This document shows positions 22,896-61,789 of a DNA stretch of 64,000 bases, one piece after another. Made by a program: the position numbers and the translations under genes. The notes beneath the pieces were generated by a model. The model saw only the letters and a list, made by a program, of their open reading frames with translations. It made no database searches and had not been told where the DNA came from. This stretch comes from Podarcis muralis. Lineage: Eukaryota. The DNA lies in contig NC_135663.1 in NCBI RefSeq assembly GCF_964188315.1, forward strand, positions 20,956,001 through 21,020,000, read 5' to 3'. Each line of letters begins with the position of its first letter. The first letter of the stretch is position 1.

Positions 22896-23611
22896 TGTGT
22901 GGGGTGGTGGAGGCTGGCGGTAATTTATACCCGGAGGGTGGACCAGAGAAAACCTGCTGGCTCAGTCTGTTGTAAACAAAATCTGCCCTTTTTCCCTTAT
23001 GGGGTATCCAAGAGCCCGTATAGAGTCCTTACGTGGGTTCCCTATTGGTAGGAGAAAATAACAGAGGCCAAACAGAGAATACTGAGAAGCAAAGCGGCTA
23101 GTAAGCCTGATCTTTATTGATCTGTTGCAACAGGGTGCTCCCCTCACACGTAGGAAAGGAGGAGGACCCAGAACAAAGGTGTGCCTGCCCTTATATAGAC
23201 ATTTTAAATTCCCTGCCCTGGAGCCCAAGACCACCCCTCCATACATCATACATACATCACAGAAGGGGTGTAACCCAAGACCACCCCCCACAAACATCAT
23301 ACCTACATTACAGAAAAGGTGGTCCACAAAATTTGAATGTTGTTGCTTTTCCTGTCTGCCAGGTTGTCTGATAATGCCTTATCTGATTGCCTTTCCTGGT
23401 AGTCTGTCACCCTTTGAAATGGCGATTACTCAATTCCTGAGACAATGGGAAGGCTCCCTGACCCCCTCCCTTCTTGCAGAGAAAACATTTGGTCAGCTTG
23501 GGAGTCAAAATGGTTTCAGGTTGGTCTTCCTGTGTTGATCTATGTACGTGCTTGGTTGGTACATTTATGAGCATTTATTATATATATAAGACCTTAAATT
23601 TTATTATTACA
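22896..23611 (-). mobile_element. Probable ERV-type solo LTR between genes B and A
   Basis: TG...CA ends, minus-strand TATATAA (23191-23197) about 80 nt before AATAAA (23113-23118), and an internal ~30-bp direct repeat typical of U3 enhancers. No clean TSD found, so the ends are uncertain. Confidence 0.5.
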
Positions 23612-24208
23612 AGTTGGGCCCACCCCTCAGGAGGAGCCAGCCTTGCACCCTGCCCGTGATTGGCCAGTTTGTGGGCAGGCTACAAATCTGACTTCCTGAC
23701 TGGTGCGAGAACCCTTTTTGAGGTCACGGTGGCCAGGAAAATCTCCAGAGCAGACATTACCTGTTGGGTCATGGCAGGGGTGGGGAATAAGCATCACTCC
23801 ACAATGCTGCCTGACGAAAGAGGGTGAGCAAATTTGTGTCAAGGAGATGTCTTGTAGAAGGGTCACATTGTAAGAACAACAGGGGGTCAAGGTCACATGC
23901 ACACTGTATATCAAAAGCATACGTAAAGCATATTGTTTCTTCCAAGAAATCTAGGGAACTGTAGTTTGTTGAGGTGTCTTAGAATTCTAGTGTTGTGAGT
24001 GGAAAGTCATGACTGTTAAAGTGGTGTGATAACATTTTAAATGTATGGTATGTTTGGAATGGTGAACAAGTGATGGTCTTAGAAACATCTTAGAAGTAGC
24101 TGCACCTTGTATTGTATGCAAGTTACAATAATGTATATAAGGGTTAAATGTTTTCCCTGCATTTGCTTCTCTTGTTGGCTGTAAACCCTCAACCATTTCA
24201 ATAAAAGC

Positions 24209-24317
24209 TCAGTTGAATTTTGGAATGGATGCAAATGATTTGCAGGATGGCAAGCTGTATTCAGCTGATGCCCCTCTTACTAGATGCTTGTGGAAGTTTA
24301 AAACAACATGGTGAATA
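24209..24317 (-). pseudogene. Degenerate duplicate of ADH terminal exon 9 (5-nt deletion, frameshifted to a 35-aa tail)
   Basis: Intact acceptor (ttctcag) then T ATT CAC CAT GTT GTT TTA AAC...TGA, versus the intact T ATC CGC TGC GTT TTG TTG TTT TAA. Flanks match intron 8 and the 3' UTR. Confidence 0.8.
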
Positions 24318-24499
24318 CTGAGAACGAAATGGGAAAACATTAATGTAAATATAAGAAAGCACCCTAGGAACATTCAATAGACATCAGGAGAGATCATAGC
24401 AACAACCTTGACTCTGCTTGAAGACTTTTAAAATAATAATAATAATAATAATAATAATCAGGAATCAGGCCTTTATTTATGAAACTGCACAGATAAAAT

Positions 24500-25297
24500 A
24501 ATCACCTTGATAGACAGTAAAGTATTTTCTGTTGTATGACTCCCCCCGTTGTATTTTAATAAATTTTCAAAAATTTCACATATACATTCCAATACATAAA
24601 ACAAAAGAAATAATTATTATCGACTTCTCATCCCATTTTTCATGGTGTTTTTTATTTCACCCCTTAACTCCTAGCTCTTATACAATAACAATAATACAAT
24701 AATCTCTAATTCCTTCTATTGCTCGTAGTTCAAATCCTGTTCGCAAATGCATCATACTATAATATTTCTTTAAATAGTCCAAAAAAGGCTTCAGTTCTTC
24801 CACAAAACAATACTCATTCTCTTTTTTTTTAGCTGTTTGCTTTGCTGATTCTGCATAGTCCATCGCTTATCCATTCTTTTTTGGTGAGAACCTCTTCCTC
24901 CTTCCATTTTTTTGCACAAAGAATCCTAGCTGCTCTCGTTACATACATAAACAGCTTAATCATCTTTTTCTAACTTCTGCCCCTATAATCCCTAAGAGAA
25001 AAGCATCAGGTTTTTTTTTTGTATGATCACTTTAAACATCTCGCCGTATATCATTTCCCAAAATATCCTCACTTTCTTACAAGTCCACCCTATAAAAAAG
25101 ATCCATCTACTTGAGGAACCTTCTTATACATTTTAGACAATTTGTTAGGTTTTAGATACCATCTATGCATCATTTTCATATAATTCTCTTTTAAAGCATA
25201 TCAAGCAGTAAATTTCATGTCAACTTTCCACAGCTTTCCCCATGTATTCATTTATATATTATGTCCTAAATCTTTAGTCTACTGTATCATTGCTGAC
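24500..25297 (-). mobile_element. Degenerate L1-clade LINE 3' fragment
   Basis: Minus-strand remnants of a reptile L1 ORF2 C-terminus (MDYAESAKQT...ELKPFLDYL, KMMHRWYL, DAFLLGI), AT-rich; an AATAAA and (ATT)n tract follow at about 24477-24430. Confidence 0.65.
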
Positions 25298-25385
25298 TTA
25301 ACCCTCAACCATTTCTGTTGAATTTGGGGAGGGATGCAAAGGTACGTACCCAGCTGAAACCCCTTTACTAGTTGCTTCTGGAAGT

Positions 25386-35194
<9,809 letters not shown>

Positions 35195-37169
35195 GTGTCC
35201 AGATCTGGCTTTCAGTTTTGCCACAAGCTTGCTCCGTTACAAAGGACTTCTCTTCTTGTTTCTCACTCCTTGCCTAAAGCAAGAATGTAGAGATACACAA
35301 ACAACTATTTCTTCCACCACACACATAATGTATAATCTATGATAGGCCAGGGTCCATTTCTAGCTGGGATTCAAAGTTCTTTTGTTCCTGGCAAGTATTT
35401 AGCTGAAATTAATTCCCCCTGGAGCTACCATCTAAAGTAAACTAACATTACGAGCTAGGACAATATTGGATCTAAAAAGAAAAAGGTCAGTTCAGGTACA
35501 GACATTCTGACTAAAAACTTGTACATACAAGTGAAAATCATTCTGGACCATGCTCAAATTATTTAGAATAGAGCATAATCACACACAATGCTTTTTACTC
35601 AGATGCCAGAGGCACACACTTTTTACTAATGCATAAAGGAGGGAGTGCAGAAGCCGTTAGGGTTGAAAACTGGGAAAGAAATTCTATTACAGGTTATTGA
35701 AGAACAGGCAAATCCTCACTTTTGCGTGATCGCGCATACACACAGCACCAGGAAATAATTAAACAATTTATTTCGTAGCCAGAAATGTCGTGAGACACCT
35801 AGAGAGTCCTTATGGTTTTCTGCGTGCCCTCCAGCCTCCTGCAGGCTCCAGAGCTCCCAATTCCTGTTGTGGGATTTACCAGAAGGAAACTAGTGTATTT
35901 TCTTTTGTGTGTTCTTCTCCTACCCAGTGCAGGTGCCTGAGGGTTATTTGAAGAGCTTAATAAACAGTTGAAGTTCACATTTCAAGTGGTTTTTACAAGG
36001 GAAGCCAAAAACTTGAAGATAAGCCTTGATCTGGTTTCTGCCCTATAGGAGAATATGGACTTCCAGATTGCAAAGATCACTGCATTTGGCAGAACTGATG
36101 TTTGCCATATAACCACCGAAATTGCTGTTATATGTTTATCACATCCACCCTCCAGGGATTCAGGCAGTAAATTGCCTCTCTCCCATGTTATCTTCACAAC
36201 CTTGTCCTGTAAGGATATTAGGCTGAATGGCAGGGCAGAGTGTAGTGATTGCCTCAGGTGGCATATGTTGAGGGATAGGGAGCTGACAGTGCAGAGAGAG
36301 TCGTGAGCCCTACCCTTTGATCTTTAAACTAGCTGCTCTCAGGTGTGGTGAACTCAGTCCCATTGTCAATGTTGAAGTAAGGATCAACCAGCCTGGTTGG
36401 CTTTTGTATCAAGAACCAATCTGCTATCACTGGTCAAACTCTTGTCTTAGACTCCTCTTTAGCTCTGTGGCCTATGGAAACAACCTTAAATCCCAAGGTC
36501 AAAACAAAACATTAGTATGGTTGTCATTAGTGGCTGCGAGAATGAGAGTGGCTCGGCTTTGGAAATCTTCTACTCCCCTTTTGCAAACAGTTTGGCTCTA
36601 GTACTCTCAGAGTAGCTCAGCCACCACTGAGGAGTGCTTTGGGTATGGTATCAATTCATCTACTTATATAAATAAAATTGTGGGAGTGCTCCACCCTCCT
36701 GTCACTCACATGTCAATGTGGAGATTTTATCTTGGTGTAGATTAACAAAATTAAATTGTGCTTATGATGTGCTTATATTGATCTGTTTTGTGCTGCAAGT
36801 CTGTGTCAGCTCTGCAAACTGCACCAATGCTTTGGAAAGCGGTTATTTGCTTTTATCCTTTTGTATGTTTTGAGATAAATAAATTTAAAAAGAGAACCAA
36901 TTTGGACTTAAGGATAGTCCCCCCCCCCCCCAGGACATTCTGGCAACAGATTTTCTGCAGAGCTTTCATTTATCGCTAGCAAAAGACAAATCAACATAAC
37001 ATTCAAATGAAGCGAATGAAGTCCGTTTTGAAAAACAATTCCAATTTGGACTTCAAACCGCCTTTGGGCTTCCAAGCATGAATTAACATTTTTCATTGTG
37101 TATTCTGCACAATTTCCTCTGAAGTTTATCACTCATAGATCTTTCATGCTCTTCCACTCAAGAATTCCA

Positions 37170-37519
37170 AGTGGTGCTGTGGGTTAAACCACAGAGCCTA
37201 GGGCTTGCCGATCAGAAGGTCGGCAGTTCGAATCCCCGCAACGGGGTGAGCTCCTGCTGCTCGGTCCCTGCTCCTGCCAACCTAGCAGTTCGAAAGCATG
37301 TCAAAGTGCAAGTAGATAAATAGGTACCACTCCGGCGGGAAGGTAAACAGCGTTTCTGTGCGCTGCTCTGGTTCGCCAGAAGCGGCTTAGTCATGCTGGC
37401 CACACGACCCGGAAGCTGTACGCCGGCTCCCTCGGCCAATAAAGTGAGATGAGTGCCACAACCCCAGAGTTGTCTGCGACTGGACCTAATGGTCAGGGGT
37501 CCCTTTACCTTTACCTTTA
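37170..37519 (+). mobile_element. Sauria SINE (different subfamily)
   Basis: GTGGTGCTGTGGGTTAAACC head remnant, conserved core, (ACCTTT)n tail. Confidence 0.85.
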
Positions 37520-37955
37520 GTGGCCCAAACAAACAAGAACTATATCTTTATTCCTTGATCAGCTGTCCTCAAGCAGTGCTTGAAGTGTGAGAAACAAGGA
37601 AGTGGGTAGATTTCTTTCAGATCAGATCAAACAAAAGCCTTTGTCAGATGTTTCCACCACCTTTCCATTACCTTCTTGTGAGGAAGGGCAGCAGCGGTAA
37701 GCTCCCAGGTCTCACCACCTTCCATCAGTTACCACTCTTGCAGATTTCCACATGTTGAAGGCTGAACTTCTGCCGTGAGAAAACCTGCTCTACCAGGTTT
37801 AGAAACCATCAGGGTTTTATACTGCAAAAGGAGTCTATGAGAGTATGTGAAGGGAATGCTTGTCTTTTGCCTGATTCTCCTTGTGCTTCTCCCTGTCTTT
37901 GCTCCCCTCAAGATCCCCCCAAAATCCTTAGATCAGTTTAACATATGGAAAATAA

Positions 37956-38055
37956 TCTAGCCCAAACCCCTGCAATGCAGGAATATGCAGTTGTCTCATA
38001 CAGGGATCGAACTAATGGTGCATTATCAGCACAATGTTCTAACCAACTGAGCTAA
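37956..38055 (-). mobile_element. Degenerate tRNA-derived SINE with CR1-like tail
   Basis: Minus strand TTAGCTCAGTTGGTTAGAAC...GTTCGATCCCTG (A/B boxes) followed by ...CCTGCATTGCAGGGGTTTGGGCTAG. Confidence 0.55.
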
Positions 38056-38557
38056 ATTGTATTGAATCAGAATGAACTGTGGAAACCTCCTGCACAGGAC
38101 AAAGTCCGATGCTGTTTACACTTGTACTATTTATAATTGAGATTGCTGGCTGAACTTGGCAGTATATCATGCACCGGTCCTGTGGTGGGCAAAGAGTTGT
38201 TGATTTAGTCATAAAATATTGTGCTCTTACACAGCAGAGACCCGGCAGGGGCTAATGTATCAATAAGATAAGGAATATGAGCAGCAATAAAGTATATTAA
38301 TATTAATTTAGATAAAATTGATACACACCTATACTTAATGACTTTGACGCATTTGCTAATGTTTACTAATTATTTACTAATTGTAAGAACTGTATAACAG
38401 ACTTGGGAGATTTCTCTGTTCAGGTTTTGGGTTTTGACCTGGGGGTACTGTCCTGCTGCAGGAGAATAAATAATTTCCAGGGTACCTCCTGGAAGCCTTG
38501 CTGGTTTACTTGTGGTCTTGCCTGCCTGATTATTTAAGATAGCTAAAATCCTGCCTG

Positions 38558-38914
38558 GGGACACGGGTGGCGCTGTGGGTAAAACCTCAGTGCCTAGGAC
38601 TTGCCGATCGAAAGGTCGGCGGTTCGAATCCCCGCAGCGGGGTGCGCTCCCATCATTCGGTCCCAGCGCCTGCCAACCTAGCAGTTCAAAAGCACCCCCG
38701 GGTGCAAGTAGATAAATAGGGACCGCTTACCAGCGGGAAGGTAAACGGCGTTTCCGTGTGCTGCACTGGCTCTCCAGATGCAGCTTGTCACGCTGGCCAC
38801 GTGACCCGGAAGTGTCTTCGGACAGCGCTGGCTCCCGGCCTATAGAGTGAGATGAGCGCACAACCCTAGAGTCTGGCAAGACTGGCCCGTACGGGCAGGC
38901 GTACCTTTACCTTT
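38558..38914 (+). mobile_element. Sauria SINE (full length)
   Basis: Full head, core and tail; TSD TAAAATCCTGCCT. Confidence 0.9.
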
Positions 38915-39389
38915 AAAATCCTGCCTAGGATGAGCTGAATTTGCGTTGTTGTTGTTTTAAAGTTGCAGAATGATGCAGGAACAGGATAGGAGAGTTATGA
39001 ACAAACTCATAAGAAACAGATCTAGACTGATCTTTCCATCCCTAGATAACAGCTTTCTGTTGGCTAATTTAAATCAGCTCTGGGTGCTCAGAAATTGTAT
39101 GTTTTGTTTTCTGTGTATGGTTTAGATTTGAGAGCATGATTTGGGATCTCTAAGCATCCAGAGGGAAGTGAAACCAGATCACTGTCATGAACCATGTTAT
39201 GTTTGTTTGTATAATTTCCACTCCCATAATAAAATGTATGAAAGGCACTTCATGTCATTTGCCAGCAATTTTTATAGTGTATTTGTTTTTGTTGGTTTTT
39301 TTAAAAAGCAACCATATTTGGAAGAGAGAGAATTCTTTCTGAGACGTTCCAGACTGAAGGCATTTGGGAAGCTTCAGCAAGCCAGCAAC

Positions 39390-48139
<8,750 letters not shown>

Positions 48140-48510
48140 GCTCGCGCGCTCCTTTGCGCACAGAAATCTGCTCGCCTCTTTTGCACAGCTCCTCCGATTC
48201 CGAGTTTGGAAAGCGGAAACAACGACTAACCCCGATCTCTACTTGGGTGCGTGTTTCTCGTGGGAACCTTGAGATTCCTTTAGAACAAAAACGTAGCGGA
48301 ATGGGGCCACGTCTCTTAAACTGGCCTCTCTGTCTGCCGTAGACCTACCGCCAGGGACTCTGGGGGATGTAGTCTATAGCTTAGCCAGTAGACGCAGATC
48401 CAGCGCTTTTCCTAAAATGCCTCAAACTTCCCTGAATAGGGAAGCGTATTTGAGAAGATGCGCGCCAATGGTGAGAGGTAACAGGCAGAAGGCGGGGACG
48501 AATATTTGCG
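48140..48510 (-). promoter_or_regulatory. CpG-enriched promoter/5' UTR of gene C
   Basis: Elevated CpG; GC box (48491-48499), CCAAT (48465-48469), ZNF143-like ACTACATCCCCCAGAG (about 48358-48373) upstream of the ATG. Confidence 0.5.
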
Positions 48511-49028
48511 CAGGTTTGCACTCCTGGTCTTTGTTTTGCCAGACACGTGTTATTTTAACCTCTGCACGGTTTTATTATTTTATTGGGAAAGATCCCTCTG
48601 TTTGCATGCTTCATATATTATCTGTTTCATCCTGTGTTCCAAGGATAGGTGCTAAAGGAGTTATAAATATAAACGATGTTTAAAGATAGTATCTGCAATA
48701 TGACGCTGTTTGGTGGTGAATAAAATTTGATGATGGTTTTGTTCACACACTACACTGAAAACAAGTACAAGCTGTCTCTACATAGCCACAAGCCTTTGTG
48801 TGAAAAAAGTGTCCTCTTGTCTGACGTTGCATGGGATGGAAACAAGAACAAATGCAGGCTGTGCCCTCTTTGCTAGATCCACATTGAAAACTTGGGGAGT
48901 AGGGAATCAGGGTGGAATTAGCCCCAAAGCCTCAGCCCCATGATCATTGCAGCAGTGGGATGCAAATTAGCTTCCTGGGTGGGGGGAATGCAAACTATAC
49001 ATAAACTCTGCTAGCATAAGAAGTGCAG

Positions 49029-49368
49029 GTAAAGGTACGGGCCAGTCTTGACAGACTCTAGGGTTGTGCGCTCATCTCACTCTATAGGCCTGGAGCCAGC
49101 GCTGTCCGCAGACACTTCCGGGTCACGTGGCCAGTGTGACGAAGCTACTCTGGCGAGCCAGAGCCGCACACGGAAACGCCGTTTACCTTCCCGCTAATAA
49201 GTGGTCCCTATTTATCTACTTCCACCCGGGGGTGCTTTCGAACTGCTAGGTTGGCAGGCGCTGGGACCGAACTACGGGAGCGCACCCCGCCGTGGGGATT
49301 CGAACCGCCGACCATGTGATCGGCAAGTCCTAGGTGCTGAGGTTTTACCCACAGCGCCACCCACGTCC
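49029..49368 (-). mobile_element. Sauria SINE (full length)
   Basis: Reverse-complement copy with 14-bp TSD CATAAGAAGTGCAG. Confidence 0.9.
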
Positions 49369-50629
49369 CATAAGAAGTGCAGATCACACCAAATACATGC
49401 CTAGCCTGACATCCTCTTCCCCAAAGCATCCCAGATGCTTATGGGAATCCCAGCAGCAACACATTAGGGCAATAGACCTCTGCCTTGGTTGTTCCCCAGT
49501 GATGGGAGTTCAGAAGCCTCCTTTCTCTGATCCTGAATTTAGCATGCAGCCATTCTGACAAGTAGCCACTGAGTCTAAATCTTCCATAAATTTGTCTAAT
49601 CCCTTTTCAAAGCAGTCTATAACCATCTATATAGAAATGAATGCACAGGAGGCAAACATTTTTTGACAAGGTGTAGCAAGAGGTGGCAGCCTCACTTGGG
49701 TAGGTTCTCGTTCTATTTATTATTATTTTTCTTGGCAATGAGAGAAGTTTGGTGGGCAAGGCATGGTCTTTAGTTGGCTCGCTGATACTTCTTTGCGTGT
49801 GCGAGGCAGGGGGATTATTGGGTCAGTGCATTTCGCCATCACTTTCCTAATCGCAAAAAAAGGCCATTTAAAAATAAAATAAAGTTGATTTGTTGCACTA
49901 GGGTGACAGAGGGATTTCATTCATGGGACAAACAAACTGATGCTGATAATCAGCCCTAGGAAATGAGTGGCAATGCCAAGTATATTTGGTGACTCCATCT
50001 TGCTCCATCTATAGGAAAACTTGCAGCTGCAAGGCACCAGGGAATGGGATTGTATTTCTATGCAAATTGTGGGAGCATGGATATGAATTGGGGCCATAGT
50101 AGAGAGCAAAGGGTTATTGCCCCCTTGGCCACATATTAGGGTCCCAAACCAGATTTGGTATCCCTAGAAGAGCAACTTGAATAGAAAAAAAATCCAGTTC
50201 TTTATCGAGTATGAATTATTGCCAAGTTCGGCCCTCAGAGTATTACACAATTTTTGCAAATTCTCAGAATGCTTAAAATACAACACACACAGAGAGAAAC
50301 ATATGTTTCTGATCAACCCCTGAGTTCTCTTGCCCCTTTTCGGGGTGGAGGGCGCTGTGAGGAGAAAGATGGTTCTCCAGAAGAAACATACTTTTCCTCA
50401 GAAACAGAAAGAAAAACACACCATTTTGGTCACAAATGATTATGGGGTTAAGTATCTTGATTACTTTCACCTTGAGGGAAGGAGCTGCATATATTCTTAT
50501 GGATTCGGTTCACAATGGCACCCAATCCATAAGAAGTGCCCTCCTGCTAACATTCACTAACTCTAGCCATTATAAGTGCTCTTGAACCCCCTAAACTCGA
50601 TTACCCCAGACTTGCAATATGCATTTCTT

Positions 50630-50920
50630 TTTTTTCTTTTTTTGCATTTTAAAATTTTATTGAGTTCCAACTATTTAACAATTTATCCATATTACAAACA
50701 AATCATAAACATTTTGGACTTCCTTCAACGTCATTGGCTCTCATTCGTAGTAGTATCTTTAATACACATTCCATTCTTTCCTATTGCCATTTGTTCTTCC
50801 ATTCCTGTAGATTTCAAATAAGCAATACTTACTGATTATTTACAGTGCCTCTTTAAACCCCACTAGCGTTGTGTTTACATCACAATTATTTTCCAGATAC
50901 CCCACAAATTTCTTCCAGCC
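50630..50920 (-). mobile_element. 5'-truncated L1-clade LINE insertion
   Basis: A-rich tail on the minus strand, ORF2-like remnant WKKFVGYLENNC, 17-bp TSD TGCAATATGCATTTCTT (50613-50629, 50921-50937). Confidence 0.75.
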
Positions 50921-51513
50921 TGCAATATGCATTTCTTATGGATTGCAATATGCACTTCTTATGGATTGGGTGCCATTGTGAACCGACAAGCTGGAATGAT
51001 AACATCAACATTGCAAAATGGTATTGTATTTTTCTTGTTAGTTAGGAAGTTGAACCGCCTCAAAAGAGCAAATATTAATGCAAACAAAGCAAGGCCATTT
51101 GTATGAATCCTGGCAAGAACAAATATGACTAGAGGGTGAGGCTTATTCCAAACTGAGCAAGAGGTGTAATAACTGTAGGAAGGCTAAGTCAAACTTCATG
51201 TGAACTGTTCCTTAAGCCAGAGATGGGGAACAAATGACCCCTCAGATGTTGTGGGAACACAACTCCTATCATTCTTCACAAGGGCTGGGGGAGAAATTTT
51301 AAGTTCATATTTAAAGCCAAGTGTATCAATTTGATATATTTTGAAATTCACATTTACCCAAATTTTGTGATAAGCTCTACAACCTACCAATGCCTGCAAG
51401 AATGCATATTGCAAGTCTGGGGTAATCGAGTTTAGGGGGTGCAAGAGCACTTATAATGGCTAGAGTTAGTGAATGTTAGCAATTGCTAAATGGTAGAATT
51501 TAGATGACCCTAA

Positions 51514-51710
51514 AGACCCTGATGCTGGGAAAGATAGAGGGCACAAGGAGAAGGGGACGACAGAGGACGAGATGGCTGGACAGTGTTCTCGAAGCTACCA
51601 GCATGAGTTTGACCAAACTGCGGGAGGCAGTGGAAGACGGGAGTGCCTGGCGTGTTCTGGTCCAGGGGGTCACGAAGAGTCGCACACGACTAAACGACTA
51701 AACGACAACA
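51514..51710 (+). mobile_element. Bov-B (RTE) LINE 3' fragment
   Basis: LMLGKIEGTRRRGRQRTRWLDSV...GVTKSRTRLND* followed by a CGACTAAA/CAA tail. Confidence 0.9.
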
Positions 51711-53036
51711 GATTTTAGATAATATTGGGAGTATTGAAGAGAAGATGTCAGGCCAGTGGAAAAAATACAAGCTAAACTCCCTTTCCAAGCCAGGGCCTCA
51801 CCCAGGATAAAAACAACACAGGGGCACACATTCCCAACATCCCCAGCCGTGCTTGGCCCTGCCTTCTTCACCCTGGACCTTTGTGTGTTCATCATGAAGG
51901 TCTGAAAGAAGATTCTAAGGACATTCAGCTAAATACCCTTAAAAACATTCCTATGATCAGCATGCCTGACAATGTGAGACTCCAGAACATGTGGGGAAAA
52001 TGCTAAGGGCATTTAGCTGAATGTGCTTACTCTCCTTTCAGAATGCCGGGGTATAGAAGTTATGCCCTTACGCATTTGGGTAGGTGTCTGAAGAGACTCT
52101 ATACAATAGGGTTTGAAATAGTTACATTTCCTAACCAATGAAGCACATCTCATGAGACTTTCGGGTATAGGGCGGTATAGAAAATAAATAAATAACATAA
52201 ATAAATAATATAGGCCTCACTAAAGTTTTTTAAAAAAACCTTTTGATAGGTTTTAGGATTATCTCAGTTATTTCTTACTGTTTATACTTTTATTTAAATA
52301 TGCAAAGATGACAATCAGCGTCCCTTCCAACTCTGTGATTCTGTGAAAGGTGCCTGGAGAAACAGAAATATTAGTGATGGAAGTCCACTGGAATTCATAA
52401 CTATTTTTATCAGGTGTTTATGATATAGTCCATACAGTTTACCACTCCTTGCGATATAAGGCACAAAGCACACCCACCCTGGAATTTAAGCAGCAAAAAA
52501 CTTGTGTTATTTTGCCATTGCCAGAATTTCATATCAGAACATACAAAAATTACAGCAATTTTCCTTAAGGAGTTCTCAGGAAATTGATATCATTTGTGCA
52601 TGATATCCTATATTTATATCCTATATTTATAAACAATGTAAAACGGTACCAAATTTATTTCTGTAAAGAGATTTCAAGCATGTATACTCCACTGGGTTGA
52701 GTGTGACTTTCTCCCAAATATATATAAGACAGCTGCCTAAACTACCCAACCTCTCACCTTTGAAATACATGATAATAATTATTTGTGTTGTTGCTTGATT
52801 AAACAGGATATTGATAGTTTGAACCACAACCTAAGATTGTGTTTATGGTAAATTTCTTCTGTTGTATTTGGAGGAAAAATGTGACGGTCTTGGGATAGAC
52901 CTACGTGTTGAAAAAGGAGCATTGCCAGTGGTGACATTGCAGAGTCCAGTCATTTTCACATAAGTCCTACTTGGCAATGTGGCAATCTGAGCTTGCAAAG
53001 GTCATTGTCTTGTATTCTTCCTCCTCACCTTGGACT

Positions 53037-60237
<7,201 letters not shown>

Positions 60238-60314
60238 GATGTTGAGCTTTGTAATCGACCGTATCTGCTTCCTCTGTGTCGTTTCAGAACTTCTAGTCTG
60301 TTCTCCTAGAAGTA

Positions 60315-60434
60315 CAAAGTTCTGCTTCAAATATTTGGCTTATCTTTCAAATAAACTCAATCATTCCCTAGTTCAATGCCAAGAAATGTGGCCACTCCTC
60401 TACGTTCAGTTTGACTCCACCTGCAATTTCACAA
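60315..60434 (-). promoter_or_regulatory. Proximal promoter of class I ADH with candidate HNF4-, FOXA- and C/EBP-like sites
   Basis: CAAAGTTCT 60315-60323, AAATATTTG 60329-60337, TTGTGAAAT (minus) 60426-60434. Mammalian class I ADH promoters are known C/EBP targets. Confidence 0.45.
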
Positions 60435-60799
60435 CTTTGAAGGAAGTAGGTTAAGAGTCCTCAGCTGCAGTACAATACACCGTACATTTAGATTGCACTC
60501 AAGGAAATAAGTCTGTGAAGGGTGGGAATTGTAGAGAGGCATTGTGTGACCCACATGCTCCCATCACCCATGGCCATCTTGACATAAACACACGGGACAC
60601 GTTGCTTGGGTCAAATATTGGCACAACTTTATTGATTACAGATGAAGTGTTTGGTCAGGCATTGGGAAAACCAGTTTAAGTGCCAGCCCGCCTGTATATC
60701 GGTGAGCTCAGCTCAAGGCAAAGAGGCTCCTAATGACACACAACAAGTACGAACCTGCCTGGGCTTCAGAATAGAAGCCACTCCTTCCAGATCCCTTTG

Positions 60800-60936
60800 C
60801 AGGGTTTCCCAAACTTGGGTCTCTAGCTGTTTTAGGACTACAATTCCCATCATCCCTGACCACTAGTTCCTACTAGCTAGGGATGGTGGAAGCTATAGTC
60901 AAACAACAGCTGGAGGCTCAAGTTTGGGAAACACTG
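60800..60936. mobile_element. hAT-type MITE (same family as 26132-26267)
   Basis: CAGGGTTTCCCAAACT...AGTTTGGGAAACACTG; TSD not evident. Confidence 0.7.
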
Positions 60937-61789
60937 CTTTAATGGAATATCCGTTTGTACTTGAGAGACAAGCAGAGGGTACAACCTCCCCTCCACCAAA
61001 AACTAATGCCTTAACTGCCACCCAAGCCAATAGGGTTTGCCATCACACCATTACATCTGCAACCAAGCCTTGAAGCCTTCTGAGATGTCAGTGAGCCATG
61101 CATTATTGCCAGATTCAGATAGATGCACCTCATCATGCCTAAACAGTGGCTCCTTCTCAAATGTGATGTTCAGGTGCTAAATTACCCTTCCGCCCATAGC
61201 CTCTACTTTGCGCCTGACTGCGTGCTTCGCCTTTTTCTAGCCTTGTCAATTTTTGCAGGACCTGGAATATTCCACCACTAATATTCCAAGAAGTTCCAAC
61301 CAGCAAATAGCCATTAGTGGGTGCAGGAATTTAAGGGAACCCTGGTCATCACATATGACCCAAATAAGATCTGTGCCCTTTAACATCAGGGGGAATGACT
61401 TTTCCTGCCTAGCCTTGTCCCTGAAATTCCGGTTTTCCAAGTGCAGGGAATATTTTGTGCGGAGGAAGATTCAAGCAAGCCGCAACCTGCAACCTGTGAA
61501 GTGGTGCTGCCTGGAAACAAACTTCACCTGTGGCGTTTGAGAGGTAGAAGTGGGCTCAACCTTAGGAATCATTTCCACGATTACCCACACATAGCAAAAA
61601 GTATCCAGGTACCTTTCTTCATTTCATGGGTTGTAAATGGCACAACTTAAAATAGGATTGTGGATTCAGAAGGGCCCCAAAGCACCATCTGGTCTATGTA
61701 AAACCTGTCAGATGAAAGACAAAATTGAGTGTGGGCCTTCATTAATGGCATTTTATGATGGCATTGATATCAAGTATTATTTTCTGTTG

